A stretch of 64,000 nt of DNA, taken from the NCBI GenBank assembly GCA_965205485.1, contig OZ242180.1, positions 1,248,001 through 1,312,000 of the forward strand, given 5' to 3'. A program made the position numbers and the translations under genes. Positions within the stretch are counted from its first letter, which is position 1, and every line of letters begins with the position of its first letter. Below the pieces are notes generated by a model. The model ran no database searches and was not told where the DNA came from. It saw only the letters and a list, made by a program, of their open reading frames with translations. Positions 22,156 through 32,589 of the stretch are shown in pieces. The stretch comes from Candidatus Latescibacterota bacterium (lineage in GTDB: Bacteria > Latescibacterota > UBA2968 > GCA-2709665).

Positions 22156-22632
22156 ATGGCAATCACGCTGGCGGCAGGGGATGCGGCCCCGGATTTCGAA
22201 CTTGCCGATCAAGACGGCAACGTCCATTCGCTGGCCGGATACCGGGGCCGGGCGGTCGTCCTCTACTTCTATCCACGCGATAACACCCCGGGTTGCACGA
22301 TTCAGGCCTGCTCATTGCGGGACAATCACGCCGAAATCGTGGATGAGGGCGCAGTCGTGCTCGGCGTTTCGAGAGACGATGCCGATTCGCACCGGGGCTT
22401 CCGGGAAAGCCAGCGGCTGCCGTTTCCGCTGCTGGTGGATGCCGACGCAACCGTCTCCACCCGTTATGGCGCCTGGGGTGAGAAAGTCCTCTACGGCCGC
22501 CGCTTCGAGGGAATGACGCGGTCAACGTTCATCATCGGTCCGGACGGAATCCTGACCAAAGTCTGGAAACGCGCCCGGGCTGCCGGGCATGGCGGGGCTG
22601 TAATCAAGGCGCTGCGCGAGTCAGGCCGGTAG
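22156..22632 (+). CDS. bcp: Peroxiredoxin Q / bacterioferritin comigratory protein
   Basis: VVLYFYPRDNTPGCTIQAC, YGAWGEK..YG, RSTFII; ATG 22156 follows AAGGA. Confidence 0.92.
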   Translation: MAITLAAGDAAPDFELADQDGNVHSLAGYRGRAVVLYFYPRDNTPGCTIQACSLRDNHAEIVDEGAVVLGVSRDDADSHRGFRESQRLPFPLLVDADATVSTRYGAWGEKVLYGRRFEGMTRSTFIIGPDGILTKVWKRARAAGHGGAVIKALRESGR

Positions 22633-22664
22633 TATGTCCAGGGTGGCAACCCCAGGGGGCCAGC

Positions 22665-23168
22665 GTGATCGATCCAACTGTTCAGACGCAAATGCTCATC
22701 CGGCGGCCAATCGATGAAGTGTACAACGCGTTCGTGGATCCCGCCGTCACCACCCGATTCTGGTTCACCGGAAGCAGCGGCAGGCTGGAGCCGGGCGCGA
22801 AGGTGACATGGGAATGGGAGATGTACGGCGTCTCCGCGGATGTCCGCGTCAGGTCGGTCGAACAGCCCACCAGAATTCTCATCGAATGGGACGATCCGCC
22901 GACGACCGTCGAATGGCAGTTCACTTCTCTGGAAGCGGAAGCCACCCTCGTTCAGATCACCAACACCGGGTTCCAGGGGACCAAGGAGAACGTCATCGGC
23001 ATGGCGCTCGACTCGATGGGCGGTTTCTCTCTCGTCCTCGCCGCGCTCAAGGCATGGCTGGAGCATGGTATCGCCCTGAATCTGGTAGCGGATCGCAATC
23101 CGGAGGCCAACGTTTGTCATTATTCTCCTACGCAGCCATCATCGGCAGAGGGAAATGGGGACGGATGA
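22665..23168 (+). CDS. SRPBCC/AHSA1 domain protein
   Basis: MLIRRPIDEVYNAFVDPAVTTRFWFTGSSGRLEPG...LKAWLEHG. Confidence 0.85.
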   Translation: MIDPTVQTQMLIRRPIDEVYNAFVDPAVTTRFWFTGSSGRLEPGAKVTWEWEMYGVSADVRVRSVEQPTRILIEWDDPPTTVEWQFTSLEAEATLVQITNTGFQGTKENVIGMALDSMGGFSLVLAALKAWLEHGIALNLVADRNPEANVCHYSPTQPSSAEGNGDG

Positions 23169-23246
23169 CGCCGAAGCAGCCACGTTCTGCGGGAACCGAC
23201 CGCTGACTTCGAAGATGGGCTCTCGCGGCGAGGAAAGACCTGAGAC

Positions 23247-23723
23247 ATGAGTGACGAAACGAGTCAGATGTTCGAAGTCCTGGCGGAGCATCATTTCCAG
23301 CATGCGACGGCGGACGAAGTCTTCGATGCATGGCTCAACCCTCAAGACGTCCGTAGGTGGATGAGCCTTGCCCTGGCCGCGTTCGGCCTTTCCGGAGAGA
23401 TCGTTCGAATCGAGATCGATCCTCGTCCAGGCGGCGCCTTTCTGTTCAGTGACATGCGTGATGGCGAAGAGATGCGACATTGGGGCACCTACCTGACTCT
23501 GGAGCGCCCCTCGGTCATCCAGTGTACCTGGTTTACACGGGAGCTGTCCGAGCGGGAGGGATCATCCATTGTGAGGATCGAGATCGCTCCCCGGGCGGGC
23601 GGTTGCTCGGCGAGGCTCACCCATAGGATGCCTGCGACCTTCGCGAAGTACACGGAGCGGGCAGAGCAGGGTTGGAAGACACTGCTGGCCTCGACCGAGG
23701 TCATCCTTCAGCCGTCAGCATAA
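23247..23723 (+). CDS. SRPBCC/AHSA1 domain protein
   Basis: VFDAWLNP, DPRPGG.F, H.GTY..LERP, GW..LL. Confidence 0.8.
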   Translation: MSDETSQMFEVLAEHHFQHATADEVFDAWLNPQDVRRWMSLALAAFGLSGEIVRIEIDPRPGGAFLFSDMRDGEEMRHWGTYLTLERPSVIQCTWFTRELSEREGSSIVRIEIAPRAGGCSARLTHRMPATFAKYTERAEQGWKTLLASTEVILQPSA

Positions 23724-23833
23724 ACCAGAATCCCAATCAGCTGACGTCAGCGCAGTGAAGCGGCAGGACGATGAATGGCGCAGACCTCTCCCACCGGCTT
23801 TCAGGGGTGGGCTAAGAACGGAAACCAAATTCG

Positions 23834-23926
23834 AAATCCACATCTCCCCAAATTCCCTGCCTACGGCGTGTTCCTTTTGAAGCGACCAAAAGGAACCAAA
23901 AGTCGCCGCTGGGCGCGGGGCCTGCC
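23834..23926 (+). repeat. 93-bp dispersed repeat, identical copy at 51351-51443
   Basis: AAATCCACATCTCCCC...GTTCCTTTTGAAGCGACCAAAAGGAACCAAAAGTCGCCGCTGGGCGCGGGGCCTGCC identical at both sites; related inverted copy at ~24326-24392. Confidence 0.9.
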
Positions 23927-24551
23927 TTTTGCATGACGCGAATACCCTCACAGGACTCACCTGATACGCTGGCCTGCCAATCCCGGAGGATAACGTAAAT
24001 CGGTGCGTGACGGAACAACGCGCCCTGCTCTGGTGGTACTCGCGAGAGACTTCGCGCTCGATAGCCGAATGCCTGTCTGATAGCGAGACCTATCCCCCCT
24101 CCCCCTCTCCTGAAGGAAAGGGGGAGGGAAACCATGCCAGGTAACCATCTAGCGGTAACACGCCCGGCTTCACGGTGGTCCGTTCCCGTCTACCTCACGA
24201 CCGTCCGGTGGCGGATTGGGGGGTTTTTCCGTGCTACTCCGTCCGGCACCATTGGCTTGGTACTCCTGAGAGGCTCGCAGGACAGCCAATTTCGGTTTGT
24301 GCCTCTGAGGGGATTCACGGAAAAACCGGCCCCGCGCCGAGCGGCGCCGTTCTTTTTGGCCCTTTTTCTTTGGCGAGAAAGAAAAAGGGCGTAAATAATA
24401 GATAATAAAGGTGTTATATAAAATATCTGGCACTTAGATGGCAAAATCAGTCGATTGCCTTTCTGTCCAAATCATGCCTATAGCGTGTTCTTTGGAACCT
24501 GGTAGACGGGAGAGGGAAGAGATAGACTCAGGTCAAAAGGTGGGGACCGCC

Positions 24552-25454
24552 TTGAAGACAAGGCTTGTTTTAATGACCATTGCGGCGTTGTCATGCCTGT
24601 TTTCCTGTTCAGGCAATGATGATATCCCGCTCGATGCGCCTGATTCATCGGGTCTGTTCACACGGACACTTTCCCATAACGGCACGGCACGTACATACAT
24701 TGTGTATGTGCCTGATTCGTATGATGAAACTTCACGTGTTCCGCTGATGCTCAACTTTCACGGATTCGGTCAGAGGGCAGACCGGTATCTGAGATTCGCG
24801 GATATGCGCGCTTTGGCGGATTCCGAGAAATTCATCCTGGTTTATCCTCAAGGAACGTTGCTGGACGGAGACCCGCACTGGAATGCCGGTCTGAAATCAG
24901 ATACCAACAAGAGCGATGCGGACGACTTTGGCTTCGTGGGAGTGCTGATCGATGAAATTGCTTCCAATTACAGAATCGATCCGGCACGAGTGTATTCCTG
25001 CGGCTACTCGAACGGCGCTTTTTTTACGTATGCGCTTGCCTGCTACCATAGTGATAAAATATCGGCAATAGGTTCCGTTGCCGGAACGATGATGGAGGAG
25101 ACATATAACAACTGCAGCCCGTCGCACCCCACGGCCATGATCAATATCCATGGCACATCAGACGCTGTTGTCCCGTATGGCGGAGGCAGGGGACTGAAGT
25201 CAATCGACGACGTGCTTGATTATTGGACGGATTTCAACAATGCAGGCGCGACTCCAACGGTGAATCGCATCACCGACGGCGCGACAACGATTGAACGCCA
25301 CTCCTATACGGATGGAGACAAAGATACCTCCGTTGAACATTACAAGGTCGTCAACGGAGGTCATGTCTGGTTCGATATCAACTACGACGGCGCCAATACA
25401 AGCGCGCTGATATGGAATTTTGTGTCAAGCTATGACATCAATGGATTGAGGTAA
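24552..25454 (+). CDS. Lipoprotein alpha/beta-hydrolase esterase (PHB depolymerase/LpqC family)
   Basis: Lipobox LFSC; R.YIVYVP, LNFHG, VYPQG, GYSNG nucleophile, IHGTSD, GGHVW; start codon uncertain. Confidence 0.85.
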   Translation: MKTRLVLMTIAALSCLFSCSGNDDIPLDAPDSSGLFTRTLSHNGTARTYIVYVPDSYDETSRVPLMLNFHGFGQRADRYLRFADMRALADSEKFILVYPQGTLLDGDPHWNAGLKSDTNKSDADDFGFVGVLIDEIASNYRIDPARVYSCGYSNGAFFTYALACYHSDKISAIGSVAGTMMEETYNNCSPSHPTAMINIHGTSDAVVPYGGGRGLKSIDDVLDYWTDFNNAGATPTVNRITDGATTIERHSYTDGDKDTSVEHYKVVNGGHVWFDINYDGANTSALIWNFVSSYDINGLR

Positions 25455-25788
25455 TCAGTGGGTGTCCATCAGTCTTTCAGGAAAGCCTGTGACGCCGCAT
25501 TTTGAGGCTTCCTGCCAGCCTCCTGAGCACCGTGTACCGGCGGACCTGAATCGACGCCTCGCAGGGTTGCCAACGGCAACAATTCCCTTATAATAATTAA
25601 TACGAAACCACCATTATCGACGTCTGGTTTTGTGTCAATGACGTCACAGACGTTAATGAGACGACGGGGCGCCGAAACGTGGTGAATCCGTACGTTACCG
25701 CAACTCAGGCAATCGACTGCCGGCTGCCCGCGCTTCCGCAAAATCGGGCGGTCCTGCGAGCATCCCGGCAGCAAACGGAGGGTGTCAT

Positions 25789-26088
25789 ATGTATTTCGTC
25801 GTCTTCGCAACTCACAAGGCGGAAAAGGGACAGGAAAGGGCCGGATTGCAGGATGCATTCGCCGCCTACCTTCACGATCATGCCCAACATCCCGATGTGT
25901 CCGTTCATCACGGCGGGCAGACGCTCAGCGAGAGTGGCGAGTCAGTCACCGGTCTGGTCCTCGTACTCGAAGCTCCCTCGCTCGAGGTGGCTCAGGCATT
26001 TGTCGCCGGCAGTCCCTATGCCCAGGCGGGCATCTTCGCGGAGTCTCACATCCGACCATGGAACTGGTTGACGGGGCGGCCTGCCTGA
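25789..26088 (+). CDS. YciI family protein
   Basis: 99 aa; GG.TL.E.G....G..LVLEA.S...A..F....PY..AGIF....IRPW; GGAGG RBS. Confidence 0.8.
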   Translation: MYFVVFATHKAEKGQERAGLQDAFAAYLHDHAQHPDVSVHHGGQTLSESGESVTGLVLVLEAPSLEVAQAFVAGSPYAQAGIFAESHIRPWNWLTGRPA

Positions 26089-26125
26089 GCCCGTACCGGA
26101 CCGCCCAATCCTGCAGGGTAGACTC

Positions 26126-27901
26126 GTGAGCAGCCGTGACGAGCAAAGCGCTTCCAGCGTTCAATACGAACCCCACGAGAATCCTCCGGCGCTTGTGTCT
26201 CTGGGCAGCGGCCTTCAACTCGTCGTTCTCGGCATCACCAGCATCATCTTCATCCCCACGATCATCATCCGGGTAAGCGGCGGAACCGAAGCGTACCTGT
26301 CCTGGGCCGTGTTCGGCGCGGTCGCCGTGAGTGGCGTCTGCACGGCTCTGCAGGCGCTCAGCCGAAGCCGGATCGGAGCAGGATACCTGCTCTTCATGGG
26401 CCCCGCCGGAGCCTTCATCGGGGTCTGCGTCAGCGCCCTCAACGAGGGCGGTCCGCCGCTTCTCGCCACCCTGGTCGTCGCATCGTCGCTCGTCCCGATC
26501 GTGATCTCGATGCGGTTGGCCCTGTTCAGGCGGCTTCTGACACCGACCATCGTCGGCACGGTGAACATGCTGATACCTGCGACCGTTCTGCCGGTCGTAT
26601 TCAGCCGCCTGGCCGACGCGCCGCCCGAAACGGCGCTCAGTGCGCCGCTCACCGCCGTGGCGACGGGGCTGGTCATCGGCGGCATCTCCCTGAAGGCCGG
26701 GGCAACGTTGCGTCTGTGGGCCCCGCTCATCGGGGTAATAGCGGGCTCGGTTATTGGCGGATCGATGGGTCTCTATGACTTCGATCTGATTGCCCGGGCT
26801 CCGTGGATCGGTTTGCCACAGGGCGCCTGGCCGGGAATCGGGCTCGACCTCGGTCCGGCCTTTGTGGAACTCCTGCCTGCCTTCGCGTTCGTTTCCCTCA
26901 TCGGCGCTATCCAGACGATCACCGGGGCGGTCGCCATCCAGCGCGTGTCGTGGCGCCAGCCGCGGGCCGTGGACTACCGGGCGGTGGAGGGTGCAGTAAC
27001 GGCGGACGGCATCGGTAAACTGCTGTCAGGCATCGCGGGGATCGTACCGACCCAGACCATCGGAGTCAGCGTCCCGACGGTCGAGCTGACGGGCGTCGCA
27101 GCACGCCGCGTGGGAATTGTTGCGGCTGCCGTGCTGGTCGTGCTTGCGTTCCTGCCCAAGGTCCTGGCCATGATACTGGCGATACCCAGCCCGGTCGTCG
27201 TCGCTTATCTGACCGTCGTGCTGGCGATGACCTTCGTCCGGGGGATGACGGAGGTGGTGCAGGGTGGAATCGACCATCGCAAGGCCCTGATCACAGGTGT
27301 CGCCTTCTGGGTCGGCGTGGGCTGCCAGAACGACCTCCTGTTCCCCGAACTTCTCGCGGAACTGGGGGGCGGCCTGCTGAGCAACGGCATCACGGCCGGC
27401 GGTATCATGGCGATCCTCATGACCCTGTTTCTGGAATTGACGGCGCAGCGCCGCAGCCGGATCGAAACGGCGCTCGATCTGTCCGTGCTTCCGAAGATCA
27501 GGGAGTTCCTCGAGACGTTCGCATCCCGCAGCGGCTGGGGGGCGAATATGGTCGACCGTCTCGACGCCGCCAGCGAGGAGACGTTGCTGACATTGATCGG
27601 GGAGGATGAGGACCACGAGAAACGCGAGGGTCGGCGTCTGCTCCTGCAGGCGCGCAAGGAAGCCGACGGCGCCGTCCTCGAGTTCGTAGCAGCATCCGGC
27701 GAGGAGAACCTTCAGAACAGGATCGCCCTGCTCACCGAAACCCCTGACGAGGTACTGATGGAGCGGGAGGTCTCGCTGCGGCTGTTGCGGCACATCGCGT
27801 CTTCCGTTCGCCACCAGCAGTTCCACGACACGGAAATCGTAACCGTCCACGTGAAAGTCCCGGAGGCGGGGCATGGGAAGAGCCGGGAGAGCTCGTCGTG
27901 A
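26126..27901 (+). CDS. NCS2 (xanthine/uracil permease) transporter with C-terminal HATPase-like extension
   Basis: YEPHENPP...LGSGLQ, SG..T.LQ, ADG.G..LSG.AG, LTGVAARRVG, FLPK..A...AIP.PV; about 150-aa soluble C-terminal domain (ASEE..L...SLRLLRH.ASSV). Confidence 0.8.
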   Translation: MSSRDEQSASSVQYEPHENPPALVSLGSGLQLVVLGITSIIFIPTIIIRVSGGTEAYLSWAVFGAVAVSGVCTALQALSRSRIGAGYLLFMGPAGAFIGVCVSALNEGGPPLLATLVVASSLVPIVISMRLALFRRLLTPTIVGTVNMLIPATVLPVVFSRLADAPPETALSAPLTAVATGLVIGGISLKAGATLRLWAPLIGVIAGSVIGGSMGLYDFDLIARAPWIGLPQGAWPGIGLDLGPAFVELLPAFAFVSLIGAIQTITGAVAIQRVSWRQPRAVDYRAVEGAVTADGIGKLLSGIAGIVPTQTIGVSVPTVELTGVAARRVGIVAAAVLVVLAFLPKVLAMILAIPSPVVVAYLTVVLAMTFVRGMTEVVQGGIDHRKALITGVAFWVGVGCQNDLLFPELLAELGGGLLSNGITAGGIMAILMTLFLELTAQRRSRIETALDLSVLPKIREFLETFASRSGWGANMVDRLDAASEETLLTLIGEDEDHEKREGRRLLLQARKEADGAVLEFVAASGEENLQNRIALLTETPDEVLMEREVSLRLLRHIASSVRHQQFHDTEIVTVHVKVPEAGHGKSRESSS

Positions 27902-28575
27902 GACGCGAAGCGGAAGATGCCGGCCCTCGGGAACTGCCGACGAAGCCGGTCGCCCGGGTGGGGCATGAAGAAGCGTTCCAGCGGGCCTGGACCGATCCGG
28001 GCAACACACGAGTCGAGCTTTGTCCGGTCGACATCAATCAGGTGCTCGCCAGGCACTACCGCACGAACAAGCCGCTCAAGTTCACCCGGTCCATGTTATG
28101 GGACATGGAGGTGAAAAAGGCGTTCCGGCCCGACCTGTATATCCCTTCGGTCGTATCGGAGGAAAGCTCCCTATATTGGCGGCGGCAGGCGGCGGCCGAC
28201 GGCGCCGAGTCCTTCGTGCGATGCTCGCGGCAGCGCCTCTGGCTTGAGCCCTCGGAGAACGGATTGGTCCTTGAGCAGGTCTTCCTCAACCCTGTACGGC
28301 AGAGTGCCACTTTCATCGGGACATCGGAACTCCTCGACGAGGAGGGGAACCTGCTACGAGCGGGCGAAGGACAGCCACTCTTTCACGTTGAGCATTCGGT
28401 CGATGGTGACGAATTGCGACCACTAAACCTGTGGCGCATCGTCTACCTCACGGACAGACCCATTCAGAAACTGATCGAGCGGTTCACGCTCGCGAACGAA
28501 GTGTGGCTACGTGAGTTCATCGAAATCTACATTCGACGGGACTTGAAGATCGAGCTGACCCGGAGGAAGTCGTGA
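27898..28575 (+). CDS. Hypothetical protein
   Basis: 225-aa ORF overlapping both neighbours by 4 nt (GTGA), so translationally coupled. Confidence 0.7.
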   Translation: MRREAEDAGPRELPTKPVARVGHEEAFQRAWTDPGNTRVELCPVDINQVLARHYRTNKPLKFTRSMLWDMEVKKAFRPDLYIPSVVSEESSLYWRRQAAADGAESFVRCSRQRLWLEPSENGLVLEQVFLNPVRQSATFIGTSELLDEEGNLLRAGEGQPLFHVEHSVDGDELRPLNLWRIVYLTDRPIQKLIERFTLANEVWLREFIEIYIRRDLKIELTRRKS

Positions 28576-29480
28576 AGATCCGGGACATCCGCCACGTGGG
28601 GCTGCTGTCGCCGGCGATTACGGCCCACGCGGACTACTACCTCGAGGTCTGGGGACTCCAATCTGCCGGAGAAGACCGGCAGGCGCGATACCTCCGTGCC
28701 GCGTCGAACGAACACCACATTCTCAGCCTGCATCCGGCCGACCGGCTTGGGCTTCACCACATTGCCTTCAGCCTTGACGGGCGCGAAGCCGTCGACGCGG
28801 CGGCAGCCGAACTCGAACGGCGAGGAACGACCTTCGTAGCGCAGCCGGGCGACCTGGACGAACCCGGCGGCGGTTACGGACTGCGGTTTCTCGACCCGGA
28901 GAACCGCTGCATCGAGCTATCGGCCGGTGTTGCCGAGCACGCGAACGGCTGGTCCACCGGGAACGTCGCCCCCCGCGGGCTGTGCCACGTGGGTCTCAAC
29001 ACGCCGTGTATCGATCAGACCGTGGCGTTCTACACCGATTTTCTCGGTTTTCGGATCTCGGACTGGATTGAGGACCGGATGGCCTTCCTGCGATGCGGTC
29101 GGAGACATCACGTCATCGTCTTCAGTCGTGCAGAATACCCATCGGTCAACCATGTGGCGTACGTGATGGCGAACGTGGACGACGTAATGAAAGGGGTCTC
29201 CAACCTGCGCGCCCGTGGGCGGGAACCCGACTGGGGACCGGGACGCCACGGACCGGGTAACAACATCTTCTGCTATTACAGGGATCCGGCCGGATACGTG
29301 AACGAATACTCCAGCGACATAGAACACATCGAGAACGAAGCAACGCGCAAACCCGCGGTGTGGAAACGCGCGCCGGAAACCGCGGACGTCTGGGGTACTG
29401 CAGGAGCGCCCGGTCCCCACGTTCGGAAGGCGATGGCAGGCGACCCTGATCCGGGATGGGCTTCTTCAACGGGCTGTTAA
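28572..29480 (+). CDS. VOC family extradiol ring-cleavage dioxygenase-like protein
   Basis: Two VOC domains; HVGL, FY.D.LGF.ISD, FLRC...HH, WGPGRHGPGNNIFCYYRDPAG...EY. Confidence 0.85.
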   Translation: MKIRDIRHVGLLSPAITAHADYYLEVWGLQSAGEDRQARYLRAASNEHHILSLHPADRLGLHHIAFSLDGREAVDAAAAELERRGTTFVAQPGDLDEPGGGYGLRFLDPENRCIELSAGVAEHANGWSTGNVAPRGLCHVGLNTPCIDQTVAFYTDFLGFRISDWIEDRMAFLRCGRRHHVIVFSRAEYPSVNHVAYVMANVDDVMKGVSNLRARGREPDWGPGRHGPGNNIFCYYRDPAGYVNEYSSDIEHIENEATRKPAVWKRAPETADVWGTAGAPGPHVRKAMAGDPDPGWASSTGC

Positions 29481-29509
29481 CGCAATTCGCCGGTGAGGAG
29501 AACGCACTG

Positions 29510-30784
29510 ATGATGCAGGCGAAGCGTTTGGTTTCTCACTTGATATCCCCTCTTGTGATGATTGCCGGGTTGATGCTGGCGACCCTTGGAACGGCCTGTC
29601 AGAGCGGGCAGGATGCCCCCGAGCCGGATGACGACGGAAGAAAGTTGAATACATCACACCCGGCAACAGCGCAGCAAGAAAGCCAGGAGGACCCCGGATT
29701 TTCCGACGATCATGTCCTTTTTGGTCAATCCGCGGCGTTCACCGGGCCTGCGCGGGAATTGGGCAAGGCGATGCGCCTGGGAATTGAGGCGGCATTCCAC
29801 GAGGCCAATCAGGACGGAGGCGTCCATGGCCGCGAACTGAAGCTCAAGGCGTTGGATGACGGCTATGAAACCGGCTTTGCGGCTTCCAATACGGAGCGGC
29901 TGATTGAGAATGAGAGGGTATTCGCGCTGATCGGAGCCGTGGGCACACCCACGTCCCGCGCCGCATACCCGCTGGCTCAGGCCGCCGGGGTGCCCTTCCT
30001 GGCTCCGTTCACCGGGGCCGAGTTCCTGCGCGACCCGGAGTTGAACAATGTGCTCAACGTCCGGGCATCGTACTACCAGGAAACCGACGAGATGGTGGCG
30101 CGGCTGACCGAGGATCTGGGGATCACCCGCGTTGCCGTCCTCTATCAGGAAGATTCTTTCGGATTGAACGGTTTGGAGGGCACGCGATTGGCACTGAAGC
30201 GCCGGGGCCTGGAGCCTGTAGCGGCCTCGCACTACCCGCGCAATACCCGCGCTGTAAGGGGAGCCGTGTTCAAGATCACCGCGGCCAATCCGGAAGCCGT
30301 GATCTTGATTGGCGCCTACAAGCCGGTGGTCAAGACCATAGAATTGGTGCGGCGGGAGCTGAACCCGGTATTCATGTCAGTATCCTTCGTAGGAAGCAAC
30401 GCTCTGGCGAACGAGTTGGGGCCCGAATGGGCCGGTGTGTACGTTACGCAGGTCGTTCCTCTACCCTATGACGAAAACATCCCTGTGGTGGCTCGATACC
30501 AGAACGCCCTCTCCGGGTTCGATCCCCAGGCGGAAGCGGGGTTCGTTTCGCTGGAAGGTTATCTGGCCGGAAGATTCGCTGTCGCCGGTCTCAAGGCCTG
30601 CGGCCCCGACCTGAGTCGAGAGTGCCTTCTCAAGGCGGTGCGCGACACCGGCGTCATAGAAATCGACGGCATGCAGCTCAAATACGGGCCGGCCGACAAC
30701 CAGGGATCCGACGCCGTGTTCTTGACCGCAATTGGTACGGATGGCAAGTACCACGGGGTCGAAAAACTCAAACGCCCGCAATAA
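29510..30784 (+). CDS. Branched-chain amino acid-type ABC substrate-binding lipoprotein (LivJ-like)
   Basis: Lipobox GTAC; GQSAAFTGP, GGVHGR.L.L...DDGY, GAVGTP, RASY..E. Confidence 0.85.
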   Translation: MMQAKRLVSHLISPLVMIAGLMLATLGTACQSGQDAPEPDDDGRKLNTSHPATAQQESQEDPGFSDDHVLFGQSAAFTGPARELGKAMRLGIEAAFHEANQDGGVHGRELKLKALDDGYETGFAASNTERLIENERVFALIGAVGTPTSRAAYPLAQAAGVPFLAPFTGAEFLRDPELNNVLNVRASYYQETDEMVARLTEDLGITRVAVLYQEDSFGLNGLEGTRLALKRRGLEPVAASHYPRNTRAVRGAVFKITAANPEAVILIGAYKPVVKTIELVRRELNPVFMSVSFVGSNALANELGPEWAGVYVTQVVPLPYDENIPVVARYQNALSGFDPQAEAGFVSLEGYLAGRFAVAGLKACGPDLSRECLLKAVRDTGVIEIDGMQLKYGPADNQGSDAVFLTAIGTDGKYHGVEKLKRPQ

Positions 30785-30819
30785 GGACACACTAAACGAC
30801 ACCTACGGAGTACCTCAAG

Positions 30820-32568
30820 ATGTCCGTGGCAGGCTTCTCGCTCCAGGATATAGTGGATCTGTTCAGATTCGCTGAGCACACGCATGAACTTCACCAGTCG
30901 CTGTTGACTCTCGGGATGCTCATCATCGTTGCCAAGTTGGCCGAGGGCGTTTTTCGCAGGCTGCGGTTGAACGCCATTATCGCCTATGCGGCGACGGGTA
31001 TGTTTCTCGGGCCGGTCCTGGAACTGACCGGCGTCTGGTGGATCGAATCTACGCTCCACCTCGAGTTGGTTCTTACGCTGGGTGTGTTCGTATTCTTCTT
31101 CCTCATCGGTCTGGACGAAGTGGATATTTCCAGTTTCATGTCGTCCCTCAAAGGCCATTACTTCCTCGCGGCCGTACTGTCCGTGACCGTGTCGCTGGGC
31201 ATTTCGATGCTGGTCACCACCGATTTGGTTTTTAATTTCGGACTGAAGCTGAATTTCACCGAGTCGCTGGCGCTGGCCGGCGTGCTGTCGATGACCAGTC
31301 TGGGCATCGTGGCCAAAGTGCTGACGGACGGCGGATACCTGAAACAGCCGGTTGGACTGCAGATTTTCACGGTGGTGATCATCGCCGAGTTGATTGCGCT
31401 GCTGCTGATCGGCTTCAGCATCGGCGAACACGCCCATCAGGTTTCGCCTGTCGGCATGCTGATTTTGCTGGGCAAAGTTGCCGGATTTTCGGTGGTGACC
31501 TGGGTACTGTCGTCGCGGGTGCTGCCGCCGTTGGTAGCACTGTTACAGCGGGTGATCCAGGTGCCGCAACTCTCCCTGGGTTTGCTGCTTGGCATGCTCC
31601 TGCTGACCGTGTATGGCGCGGAAGCAGTGGGACTCCACGGCTCACTGGGTGCTTTATTGTTCGGGGCGTCCCTGTCGAACCTTCCCTACCAGATGCGGCA
31701 GGAGATCCTTCCAGGAATTCGCAGCGTGGCTGAGGGGTTTTTCGTGCCCCTCTTCTTTGCTTCCGCCGGATTGAGCTTCAGCTTTACCTTCGTAACCCTG
31801 CCGCTGGAGGCCATGGCGGGGCTGGCGCTGATCCCATTGCTCGGCAACTTCACCGGCGCTTTCATCGGCGCTTACGTGTCCCGCCTCGCCGTTCCCTACG
31901 CCGTGGCTACCGGGCTGATGGGCAAGGGTGTGGCTGAAATCGCGCTGTTGCTGGTGATGTGGAATTCCGGAACCATTGACGAGGTGGTCTTCTCGTTCCT
32001 GGTGCTGGTGATGTTCTGCTATATCCTGTTCATGCCCGGGGTGATCAACTTCGCGGTTAGCCGGGCCAGCCGCAGGCCGGACCTACCGGCGCAACTTGAC
32101 GACATTCCGTTGGGAATATACCGCTTCGCGCTGGAAGACATCACGATTGATGACATTCTGGACCGCTCGCGTCGGCATCCTGCGCCCTCGGTCACGGTAC
32201 GTGATTTCACGGAGCAATGGATCGTTCCGCACCAGCACCACTACGTGGTGGCAGACAATGAAGTGCTGGTCGGGATCGTGTCCCTGGAAATGCTCCGCTA
32301 CCTGCCTAAGGAAGCCTGGGACAAGACCCGGCTCGACGCCGTGGTACGCCGCCAAACCCCATTGGCCTGGCCTGATGAGCATGTCGAAGACGTGCTGCAG
32401 CGAATGTCAGAGAATTCCCTTTCCATCATACCCGTCGTGGAGAGGGATTCGGAGACGTATTTAGGGGCGGTCACCAGCAACGACATCATCCAGCTCATGA
32501 CCATGGAGACGACAGGCGAAAGCGCGTCGCCGGTCTCCATCCGGACGTTGTCTCGACGGAATAAATGA
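30820..32568 (+). CDS. Cation:proton antiporter (CPA2/Kef-like) with C-terminal CBS pair
   Basis: Many TM helices, FF.IGL.E, TS..IV.KVL.D, LGA..FG, FFVPLFF..AG; CBS-like C-terminus. Confidence 0.85.
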   Translation: MSVAGFSLQDIVDLFRFAEHTHELHQSLLTLGMLIIVAKLAEGVFRRLRLNAIIAYAATGMFLGPVLELTGVWWIESTLHLELVLTLGVFVFFFLIGLDEVDISSFMSSLKGHYFLAAVLSVTVSLGISMLVTTDLVFNFGLKLNFTESLALAGVLSMTSLGIVAKVLTDGGYLKQPVGLQIFTVVIIAELIALLLIGFSIGEHAHQVSPVGMLILLGKVAGFSVVTWVLSSRVLPPLVALLQRVIQVPQLSLGLLLGMLLLTVYGAEAVGLHGSLGALLFGASLSNLPYQMRQEILPGIRSVAEGFFVPLFFASAGLSFSFTFVTLPLEAMAGLALIPLLGNFTGAFIGAYVSRLAVPYAVATGLMGKGVAEIALLLVMWNSGTIDEVVFSFLVLVMFCYILFMPGVINFAVSRASRRPDLPAQLDDIPLGIYRFALEDITIDDILDRSRRHPAPSVTVRDFTEQWIVPHQHHYVVADNEVLVGIVSLEMLRYLPKEAWDKTRLDAVVRRQTPLAWPDEHVEDVLQRMSENSLSIIPVVERDSETYLGAVTSNDIIQLMTMETTGESASPVSIRTLSRRNK

Positions 32569-32589
32569 AACAGCGGGAGGAGGAAACGG

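Noticed and set aside
25455..25780. AT-rich spacer with a minus-strand TTGACA and possible small RNA or gene
   Set aside because: Spacing to a -10 element is poor and no convincing ORF or structure follows
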